NCBI GenBank assembly: GCA_951406725.2 | Contig: OX597815.1 | Span: 30,256,001 to 30,320,000, forward strand | Direction of reading: 5' to 3' | DNA: 64,000 bases | From: Octopus vulgaris | Taxonomy: Eukaryota | Part shown: positions 53,357-64,000 of the stretch, piece after piece | How positions within the stretch are numbered: position 1 is the first letter of the stretch | Layout: each line of letters opens with the position of its first letter | Position numbers and translations under genes: made by a program | Notes under the pieces: model-generated | Told to the model about the DNA's origin: nothing | Databases searched by the model: none | The model's input: only the letters and a program-made list of their open reading frames with translations

Positions 53357-54763
53357 ATGGAACGAATAGTCAGAAGGAAACTAATCACCTTCCTTGAAGA
53401 AAATGACTTGCTGCCTGACAGCCAACATGGTTTCTGACCAGGAAGAAGCTGCTTAACTCAGCTCCTACAACACTATGACTGGGTGCTGAAACGACTGCTC
53501 AATCACTCAAATGTGGAAGTCATATATCTCGACTTTGCAAAGGCCTTTGATAAAGTCGATCATGGAATGCTATGTCACAAACTGCGTGATCTTGGCAAGT
53601 TGGAAAATTGGGAGAGTGGCTTCATGACTTTCTGAAGGATAGAAGTCAGGTGGTAGTAGCCACTTCCACTAACACGCAAATAGTGAGCGGTGTTCCGCAG
53701 GGCACTGTTTTGGGACCACTACTGTTCATAATGGCCCTCTCAGACATGCCCTCAGCCACGCAGAGAGCCACGATCACAAGTTATGCAGATGATACAAAAG
53801 TTTCACAGGCAATACAGAACCCTGAAGACACTAAGCACCTGCAATGTGAGCTGGACAAAATATACAAGTGGGCTGAAAAGAATAGCATGCAGTTCAATGC
53901 TGAAAAGTTTCAAGCTCTATGCTATCAGCACGCAAAACTAAATGCAATACCCAATAAAAACACTGGACCTGGAGGGACTGCAATCCCAGAGGCACAATCA
54001 GTGCGAGACCTGGGTATTTACATGAGTGATGATGCAACCTTTCATGTACACGTTGCTAAATTGGCAATGAAATGTAGGCGGCTGACCAGATGGATTCTTA
54101 GAACCTTCAGAACAAGAGACCAGGAAACCATGATGGTCCTCTGGAGGACACTTGTCCTAAGCCACTTTGACTACTGCTCTCAACTATGGTCACCAACCAG
54201 TGTCAAGTTAATCACAGAATTTGAGGCGATCCAACGAAGCTACACGAAGAAGATAGCCTCTATGCAGCATATAAGCTATTGGGAAAGACTCAAGAGATTG
54301 AGACTCTATTCCTTAGAGCGTAGGCGAGAAAGATATGCCATAATATACATCTGGAAAATCCTAGAAGGACTTGTCCCAAATTTTGGCATCGAGAGTTACA
54401 CAAATGCCAGAACTGGGCGCCGCTGCATAGTGCCAAGGACTCCAAATTTGCCATCAAGATGTAGGACAAGATACTGTGATAGCCTGGGCTTCCGAGGCTC
54501 ACAGCTCTTCAATATCCTCCCGAAGAACCTAAGAGACCTGCATGGGGTGGATGCAGATGTCTTTAAAATGAAACTGGATCTCTTCTTGTCAGGTATCCCA
54601 GATGAACCAACTTCACGGCAGGAGGTGCAGATGAGGGCAGCTGCATCGAACTCTCTCATGCACCAAATGGCAATTGCTAAAAAGCATTCGTGAAGTAAAA
54701 TCATGTAGCAACACCAAATGGCGGTGCCCCAGAATGGCCACAGCTTGTGAGCTGAAACTAGAT

Positions 54764-54766
<3 letters not shown>
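53357..54766 (+). mobile_element. CR1-clade LINE, 5'-truncated, with nearly intact RT ORF and 3' tail
   Basis: QHGF*PGRSC, YLDFAKAFDKVDH, SGVPQGTVLGPLLF, YADDTK, VRDLG, YCSQLWSP, Y.ERLK.L.LYSLERRR; 361-aa ORF at 53608-54693; 3' hairpin then (TA)n. Confidence 0.92.
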
Positions 54767-54798
<32 letters not shown>

Positions 54799-56863
54799 CC
54801 TCATATCGAATATTAACGTTGATAGGGGAAAGTAAAATCTCCGATCAACAACGATATGCACAAAAAATAGGGGAAGAACTTTTAATAGATATAGAATGTA
54901 AAGCCAAATGGAAATGTATTAGCCCTTATAATTATCATTTGTGAGATACTATTTTCACATATTATATACCGTGAGGCAAGCATAGAATATATCTGGAAAA
55001 ATTTTTTATGATAAAGATAATGATATTGACATTAGTTTTCAGAAATATTGCTGGAACCTGAATATAAGGATCAGAAACATACGAAAAAAAGAATCGATCA
55101 AATATTATTTGTTCTAGATATTATTTGTTCTAAAGAACCGCAAAACAATAATCCATCACGATGTAGATGTAGGCGGTCTCTTTGATGCTATAAAAATTTT
55201 TAAATGCAAGTGAAAGAAGATATATCGAAACGCCTACATCAGTGAACTGTTTTCGAAATACAGTAACAGAAATACGTATTCAGCAATACTGAGTTACTAT
55301 TGGAGTAACACTCATGAAGAATAGAAGAAACGACAAGATACCGGAATGAAATGGTGGAATTCCGAATTAAGTACGTTGTAGATTTAGTTATTACTCCCAT
55401 TTATTTCCCAATTGAAAGTCTGATAGATTTCATTTCTTGCTCCATCGTCGATAAAGTAAATGCCACAAATGTCCTGTTTCGATTCACTGTTGTATCTTGT
55501 TCTCTATGATTTATGATCTAGCGTAAAAGCTCGGAATCGTTATTAGAATATTATGCTGTTATATCATACTGTATGGAAGATAGAATAGTTGAACTTGAGA
55601 TCTTGGAAAAGTACATATTTAACCTAAACATTATACTATATTCTAAAAATTCTTATAAGTGTATGTAAAAATGAAAGTCAATTACTTATGCAGTATTGCG
55701 ATAAACACTATATATTGCTCTTTCATGATAAGAGATATCCATAAAAAGGTGAGCAGCACTATTAACCTTAGATAAAAGGAAAAATAAGTGTCTTGAGTTA
55801 ATTCATTTCCTAGAGGAGGCGATAGCTTAAACGGAGGAAATTAGCTTACAAGGTTTGTGGTGGTGGTGGTGGTGGAGAATAGAGCATCAAGAGCTTTTGT
55901 CTCCCTCGTTCTATGTTCTTGCATTTCTTGCATAAATTGATTTCTTATTAGGCTGAACGTCACACTACACCACACAAACACACACACACATACACACGCA
56001 CACACTCAATCACTCACACACAGACAGACACCCATTTATCGGTGTGTGGGTGGGTGTGACAGGGATGGTGTGAATATTATATTTTTCTCAATAGAAACAC
56101 TACCATAAATCCAAAGAATCTATATGCCATGTACCAAATATTTATTATCTGACATATTATGCAAAATGAAATATGTCATGCATAAACTATGTATATTAGA
56201 CACATAGGTAAACAGGTATACATAGCTATACACTCTCATGTATATCGGCGTAGCACAAATATTCACCCTCTTTGATAATTTCAAATGCATAGTTCATATA
56301 TTAATTTATTGCTTAGCAAGGAGAGAAAAGGCGCGCTTGCGATTTTTTAAGTGTTACTGAGACGAGAGAGAGAGAGAAAGATAGTAAGAAGACATGATTC
56401 ATAGGTTATCCTCAAACCAGGTATTTGTTCAGAACGTTTGCAACAAAGTGAAGTGTTAAAGATAGGCTGTGGTTTTGAACCGGGCGAAGTAAATCTATCA
56501 CCTTAGGACAGTCAAAGACCGTCCAAACATTCACGCCTATATATTATTTATTTATTTTGGCATCACTAAATGCGACGTTTCACAGAGAAGAAATATAGTC
56601 GACGAAAGCAACCCTTGTGCATTAAGTACTTAATAATTTATACCTTCCACGATAAAAGTAAAATATTGGAGGGCCTACGAGGCATCTTCAACAAATGTTG
56701 CTCAATTTGTTAGAGATACCTGCTAAATCTACTTCAAAACAGATTGTGCAACATTTAAAGGAATTCGTACTCATTGGATAATGTAGTCCTGAATAAACTA
56801 ATACTGAAGAAAGACGTGACGGATAAGGCTGGACTTTATTTTGGCCGAAGGGGTAAATTACAA

Positions 56864-57154
56864 TGGATGGAAGCACTCCGTCGGTTACGACGACGAGGGT
56901 TCCGGTTGATCCGATCAACGGAACAGCCTGCTCGTAAAATTAAAGTGTAAGTGGCTGAGCACTCCACAGACACGTGTACCCTTAACGTAGTTCTCGGGGA
57001 TATTCAGCGTGACACAGAGAGTGACAAGGCCGGCCCTTTGAAATACAGGTACAACAGAAACAGGAAGTAAGAGTGAGAGAAAGTTGTGGTGAAAGAGTAC
57101 AGCAGGGATCACCACCATCCCTGCCGGAGCCTCGTAGAGCTTTAGGTGTTTTCG
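56864..57154 (-). mobile_element. SINE family B, 5'-truncated
   Basis: Reverse complement of the family B body; degenerate TSD gtaaattacaatgg / gtaaattctaaatgg. Confidence 0.9.
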
Positions 57155-57308
57155 TGTAAATTCTAAATGGGTAGACATACAAGATCGAAAATAGTGCAAC
57201 TTATGTATATTCTGGAGCCCTACCAGTTCTACAAACTCAGTTTGACTAGATTTGTAGTTACATGTGTTTTTTTTTTTTTTACAATATACATTGGCTAATT
57301 ATGTCACT

Positions 57309-57410
57309 CTGCGATGGACTGGCGTCCCGTCCAGCTGGCGAACACATACGCCATAGAAACTGTGAAACCAGGCCCATGAGCCTGGCTAGGCTTTAAAAGG
57401 GCGCAAAAAA
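57309..57410 (+). mobile_element. 3' fragment of a family C-related SINE
   Basis: ctgcgatggactggcgtcccgtccag...; TSD aattatgtcact on both sides. Confidence 0.8.
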
Positions 57411-58663
57411 AATTATGTCACTAATTGAGCAGATGACGTTTCTCCGTTGTTACCGAAGCTAAAATGAATAACAATCAAATCTCTTAAACTACATCGTATG
57501 TTCGCGAAAGGGGAAGGACACATTAGATAATATACATCTAGATACACGAAATGGTTATGGCTGGAACGCCTTCTTACGTGAATGTTGGCTCATTATGACG
57601 ACGTAGGTCAAAACAACCACAGCAACAACAGCAACCACAATATCATCACAACTTCATTAATGTTGGTGAAAGAAGGGTGAACATCACATAATTTCACTAC
57701 CCTTATCTATAAGTATTCTACACATCACACATATAGATGTTACTATGCTCAACATTATTACTATAGTGAATGTTATTTACACTTACACAGTGAAATGAAA
57801 AATAATACATAAGCACTGACACTAACAACCTTTTATTCCCTAGTTCATATGAATAGGGAGCCAGTTAATTTTATTATAGCCATTGATCATTCAGAAATAT
57901 GTATGATAGAGCAAAACAGATAAATCGCTTAACATTGTTATATGTTTATTTCTAGCATGTGCCTCAGCAAAAGAGCCGATTACAAAGATTATAGAAGCAT
58001 CCCAGAGCATTCTACCCTTCCAATAGACGCCCAAGCGTCTAGGCCTATTTGATAAGCACATTTCTGGTACAAGTCAACGTTGGCATTTAGAGATATGCCA
58101 GGTTCAGTGAATTTACATGCTAACAATCTTCGATCAGGCTCTAATGATTCATTGTCGAGGACAAAATTGTAATATTTGATAACATTTTGACGGCAGAACT
58201 CTAAATATTTTCAGAGAATTATCTAAAAATTCACACATCTAACCACTCTGTTATTTAAAATGGAAATGCAATATTATCGAGTTGTTGTTGTTGCTACACG
58301 TGTCGTTATTGTTGTTGTTTAGAGTTATGCCAAACTGAACGAGCAGATCATTTAGAGGTATACAAGGCTTGAATATACATATAAGTTGTATTCAAGACTA
58401 AATTATCTAATGTGCCTTAGCTTTGTTTAAAACTGAAAAACACAGTGTCGGTGGTTAAAAGAAATATTGTTAATTTGGATTAAAAGGTTTTCACTTATGC
58501 TGCGACTTTCAACTATCTGAGTTCAATTTCCGCCAATATAAATTTTACCTTTCTTTTACTCAGCTCAGTACTAGATTACTAAAGAGAAGTGCTACTGGAT
58601 TACTTAAAAGAAACATTAGCGTGGCGACCGGGATACTTTGCAATAACTTATACGTAATTCTGC

Positions 58664-58781
<118 letters not shown>

Positions 58782-58796
58782 TGCATATGTGTGTTT

Positions 58797-58841
<45 letters not shown>

Positions 58842-59224
58842 ATATAAGAAATATAAAATGTATTAAAATTAAATTTCACGTAGTTCGAATTCAGTATGCT
58901 CGGAAGAATAGCTGGGCTGGACTTTCCATAGGTGACTGGTAGTGAACATTCAAACACTCACACTCAGGCACAAACACACAAACACACACACATATACAAA
59001 CACACGTTCGCATACACACAAACACACAAACACACACAAATAATCACACCCTTAAAAGAATAGGTTCACGCATGAATGTCCTCTACTAAATTCATTCCTA
59101 AGTTATTGCTCAGCTCGGGTTTAAAGTAATTGCCACTGGGTGGGACAAATTCCAGAACTTCGCAGTTACGAAATGTACTTCTTTAGCACACATACATACA
59201 TACATACATACATACATACATACA

Positions 59225-59258
<34 letters not shown>

Positions 59259-59269
59259 CATACATAGTG

Positions 59270-59812
59270 GCTGCCCCCTCGTTATCGAGTATGGCCATTG
59301 CACGAAACTTAATCAATGTTGTTATCGTGCAATGCCTGTGCAAAAAGATTTTTTTAAAATGAAGAAAGAATGTGCACTGAGTCAATCCCACTCACTAATC
59401 AACAGCAGCCATAATCCGAAAAGAAGAACAGGTCAACATCATCGGTAACCACTGAGCCGCAGGTTTTATGTTGGAGTTATCCCAGTTACCTGAGTTACCT
59501 TCTCCTAGAAGGATGCCCTAACAAAGGCTAGGAGTTCTTCACTCCCAATGGTTTAACCGCGCGATCGGGTATTCAGTCCGATTATTTCTATGTCCCCACG
59601 CATGATACATCCTTAAGACATTTATTGGATGGCCGTTGACTCTCAAGAGTTCCTCCGCCCTTTGACGGGTTTTGTTTTTCATCACGCAGGGTGTCCAATA
59701 AACACCCTCCTCACCAAGCAAGCTTGGTGGGGTTGCCGGTTTAGTCGCCGACGACCTGACCATGCAACAGGTTGTACTGGGTTACATGTTACCAGTAGCA
59801 CTCGAAAGTGAC
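59270..59812 (-). mobile_element. GC-richer retroelement 5' region, possibly RTE-type, between (TACA)n arrays
   Basis: Hairpin-rich, higher GC, motif taggagaaggtaactc reminiscent of RTE 5' regions; no diagnostic protein motif. Confidence 0.35.
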
Positions 59813-59921
59813 CTAACATACATATATACATACATACACACATAAATGCATGCATGCATGCATGCATGCATGCATACATACATACATACATACATACATA
59901 CATACGTACATACATACATAT

Positions 59922-60830
59922 ATGATTTACAAAAGAGATAGAGATGCAGGAAAAGCAGTAAAATGCGACAACCGATGCAGACTTTGTGGAGTTCACACTG
60001 AAGATATCACCCACATCATAAGCAGTTGTCCGAAAACGTTATCGCAGCATTATCTACCGATGAGACATGCCGTTGTAGCTAGGACACTCGATAATGAAAT
60101 CCGTCGGAAGGATAATCCCAAGAAGAAAGAAATAAGAACCCATAATAAGGTAGAAGCCATAGCCACTCATAATGAAAAGGAATACTAGTGGAAAGTACCA
60201 GTGAAGACCTTAATAAAATATAAACAAACAGACCTCATATAAAATTTTGGGATAGTGAAGAGAAATTGTGCATTGTTGTGGAAATTAGCTGCCCAGCGAA
60301 TGTTAACATAAAACTGAAGATCAGTGAAAAAGAGAAAACCTATGCCGAACTGTTGAGAAATCTGAAGTGACTCTATTCAGATTGCAAGTTCAGGTTTATA
60401 CCTGTAATCATTGGGACTCTGGGATATATATATATAACATACTTCCAAAATACCAATCTTGAGAAATTAGGTTTCTCAAAACCTGAAAGGGGAAAGCTAA
60501 TTCGAAGACTATAGATCGAATCCATCATTGGAACTATAAAATTCTGTAAAACTTTCCAGAAGTTTATCATTTAAATATATATGAGCAAGTCTAGATATGC
60601 AATTGTATGCATGAGAATACATACATAAAAACATACAAATCTGCACATACATACATACATACATACATACATACATACATACATACATACATACATACAT
60701 ACATACTTACATACATACAAATAAACAAAAATACCCTGTTGTTGATGTTGAAATTCCTATAAAGGAACCTTGGTTAGAAAACGGTTCTTTCTCTATTGGC
60801 AGGAAATCTTGAAAAGAACTGAATAATGAC
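59922..60830 (+). mobile_element. R4/Dong-type LINE 3' fragment (CCHC knuckle, RLE, 3' UTR)
   Basis: CRLCGVHTEDITHIISSC..RHAVVA; IVVEISCP...EKEKTY; FIPVIIGTLG; starts at (TACA)n and has (TACA)n in its 3' UTR. Confidence 0.85.
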
Positions 60831-61213
60831 ATTCATACATATTCTTTTATTCTTTTACTACTTTCAACCAGAGGCTGGGGGCCATACCTTTCAGTGTCTC
60901 CTTTCGGTACTGTTTTTGGTGAAGAAGCGAGTTGGACGAAGCTGGAAAGATAGACGATACAAAGACGGACAGGAACAAATAAGGACGGAGCATTCTTCTT
61001 TTCTCAGTCAAGTTTCCCAATTATCCTTACAATTTCGGTGGGTTACACTTGAGATTGTTCCAACCTGGTTTGCCCCAAAAATCTAAGCTAAAAGCATTAA
61101 ATATTTTGGGAGAAAGCAGGCGAATGTATACGACAACAAAGACCAAAAAGAACGAAAAAAAACCCCAAAACGGAGATAATGTGTCAGAATTACAAATATA
61201 AGCAACATATATG

Positions 61214-61264
<51 letters not shown>

Positions 61265-63954
61265 AGTTAGTGAAAACTACAATCCTGTAAACATATAAGC
61301 ATATGAATACATATAATTTCATACACACTCACACATGCCCTCTCTCTCTCTGTTTCTCTCTCTCTCTGTTTCTCTCTCTCTCTCTCTGTTTCTCTTTCTC
61401 TATTTCTCTCTCTCTTTGTTTCTCTCTCTCTCTTTCTCTCTTTGTCACAGACATACACATATACATGCATGCATTCATATACGTACTTGCATGCATATGT
61501 GTACGTGTGTGCGTATGTGTAGTCATCCAGTGGTCATTTGTATACGAGAGTGTCACTCAAGTGTATGCAATCTTCCACCGTATTAATGGACCTTATTATT
61601 TTTCGGTATTTCTATGTAATTACTGAACCCCTTGCGTATCAAATAATCTGAACATTTGACAATTTGAAGAATGAACAGTCTTATCTCTAATCTATATTTT
61701 TCAAGATTACTTAATTATATTTATAACGTAGTGTTGACATAATACATATGTAAAATATGTCAGCAACAGATAAACCCAGAGTTACTTTTTCTAGCAAGTT
61801 AATTGCTAAGATAGAAAGAAGTAAAAAGCCTTAACATTTGTTGTGTTATGATGAAAACGAATAATTCTCCCTATCTTAACTGACAGTTGTAATAGTTTAA
61901 GCTAAAATAACTATTTGTTTCACAACGTTATCTCTATAAGCATGCTTTAAACAACCTTTACAAAGTACAATTATAATGTTTTATAGGGAACGATCTGACT
62001 ATCTCTCATATAAAGTTGTTTGTCAGTACGAGTTATTGAGAACATCCAATTAATTTACACACCACAGAGAAACATAAAATAAGCATTGTTTATTACGGGG
62101 ATTAAATTCGTTAATTTTTTGCCGGCCACGCTAGATTCGTTGCAGCTTCCTGTTTTTAATATCCAGATATTATCTCCAAAATAGAAAGTATATGTAAGAG
62201 GAAAACAACCAGCGAAAGACACCATTTCAGCTGTCCCTCTTGTGAACCTAACAACAAACGTATTAGGAAATCAATATAGCAAACAAGCGTAGTCTTGTAA
62301 TTATTATGTTTGCTGATATTGACTGAGATTTCTTATCAGTATTGGAGCGTTTGCTAGGAATTAGTCAACCGAAAAAACAATAAACGAACAAAAAGGAAGG
62401 AAAATAGAATGGATATAAAAAGATTTATATGCATGTTTACATTCTTGTTCATTTACAGTGCTATAGAGAAACACGAAAACATGTATACACACCTCGAACA
62501 GAAAACGTACTGGAAAAAGTGGAATATAAAAAAAAAAGAATTGATTCAGATAAAAAACATTAATTAGTTAGAGAAATTATTAGTATCAGTAGTTCTCTTT
62601 GAATTAACATTTACTTTAGTTGAGCATAAAAAAATTGAATTTTATTAAATGATTAGTTTCGGTATGACATGAAAGACTAATACTGTAAACTTATGAAAAA
62701 TAAAAAAAATGTTTCGTGAAAAACTGAGATAAACTTTACTAAACTGTACTAAAAGATACCCATGACAAGAGAGAAAAGAATTCACTTCACTAGACTTCAT
62801 TTACTATTAATAATAAAACTTTCACTATGGAATCTGTTTTATTTATGTCTGAGGCTATTGAAAAAAAGTTCAGTTGTGAAATTCGTTAATAGGGATTACT
62901 TGTCACTAAACAAGTCACTCCACTAAATATCGATTATTCTTATTTCGTACTTCCTTATAAGCAATTTATTTACATTCAATAAATTTTGGTTTGATGAAAC
63001 ATTTAGAAAGCTTGGCGTGTTTTGGTAAGTTTATTGGATACCGTAAGAGAATATTGTATTTAGTAATCAATGCTAACAGACCAGATCAATACTAAATCTA
63101 CCAGACAGAACTTGGTTTCATGTGGACAGAATAGAGAGTGAAATGATGGAAATTTTCTTTCAAACTATAATGGCTGCATAGTATGAGAAGTATATGAGAA
63201 CATCATGTGTTAAATATAAAGCACAAAACATCTGGGACTGACGAGAAAAATAGAAAGGAAAGATAGGGGGAGAGATTGGAGGGAGACAGAGTGGTAGGTC
63301 AAATAAGATAATCATTCTAGAGGAAATCATCTGGAAAACAAGTCTCCACCATATTTCTTCAATAAGAAGAAAGATTCATACTTACATAGAAGCTATAGTA
63401 ATGAAATTAGTAAGATGGATGAAATTAGCCAGTATTATAGAAGGCTGTTATGATATAAATACTGATATAAGGTAAACTTCTGTTGATGATAGTTGTTATG
63501 TGAAAGACGGCTGAGAATGTAAATGAACTGATAAACAACAAGGCCAGGTGACTTAATCAATAGAATATGAACAAGATGGCTACTTCTCGCTGACGTTATT
63601 TGATCAAATACTGATCAGCTGACAGTGTTGTGGACACTGCCTTTTATAGTCACAAGGTTTAAAAAGTGTTGTCATTGTTACACAGAAACATTGCTTCTAA
63701 ACAACTCATAAAATTAAGTTAGCCACCTTTAGACAGTAAAATCTAGAATCTAAAGAGAAAACAAAATATTGCTGCACTTCTTTAGAATTTTACTACAAGA
63801 CAAACATAAAAGAATATACAAATATACCCACACACAAGCACACAAATTTATACACACATATACAGTCACGTTGAAGTATTGAAAATACAAACACCTACAC
63901 ACTCACGCGTTCAAGTACTCCAGTACACGCATGCATACACAGATCCACCCCCGC

Positions 63955-64000
63955 ACACACACAGACACAGACACAGACACACAGACACAGACACAGACAC
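63955..64000. repeat. (ACACAG)n hexanucleotide repeat
   Basis: Direct inspection. Confidence 0.9.

Noticed and set aside
53608-54693. 361-aa ORF as a host gene
   Set aside because: It is the RT domain of a 5'-truncated CR1 LINE with an upstream stop and frameshift
55166-55240. 10-bp inverted repeat gatgtaggcg/cgcctacatc preceded by GAAA, suggesting a type-III hammerhead
   Set aside because: CUGANGA core absent
59640-59812. Possible HDV-like ribozyme at the putative RTE 5' end
   Set aside because: Several hairpins are present, but no double-pseudoknot topology could be built

Overview
This is AT-rich, microsatellite-saturated animal DNA, intergenic or intronic. The SINE families resemble those I recall from octopus genomes (inference). 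No host protein-coding gene can be supported, and most ORFs in the track are microsatellite or SINE artefacts. The window is a mosaic of decayed transposons: four tRNA-derived SINE families (one multimeric), an RT-less Mag-like Gypsy element with both LTRs, CR1, RTE and R4/Dong-type LINE fragments, mariner, a Chapaev3-like transposase relic, a non-autonomous Helitron, and many Penelope-like element (PLE) ends embedded in (TA)n arrays. The most notable signal is a set of about 10 minimal type-I hammerhead ribozyme motifs in these PLE ends, mostly with self-complementary stem III and some in inverted pairs. Several have non-canonical cores: a compensatory G3-C8 swap at 23295-23344, CUGUNGA in two copies and CCGAUGA in three copies. 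All folds and alignments were done by eye, and ribozyme activity is untested.
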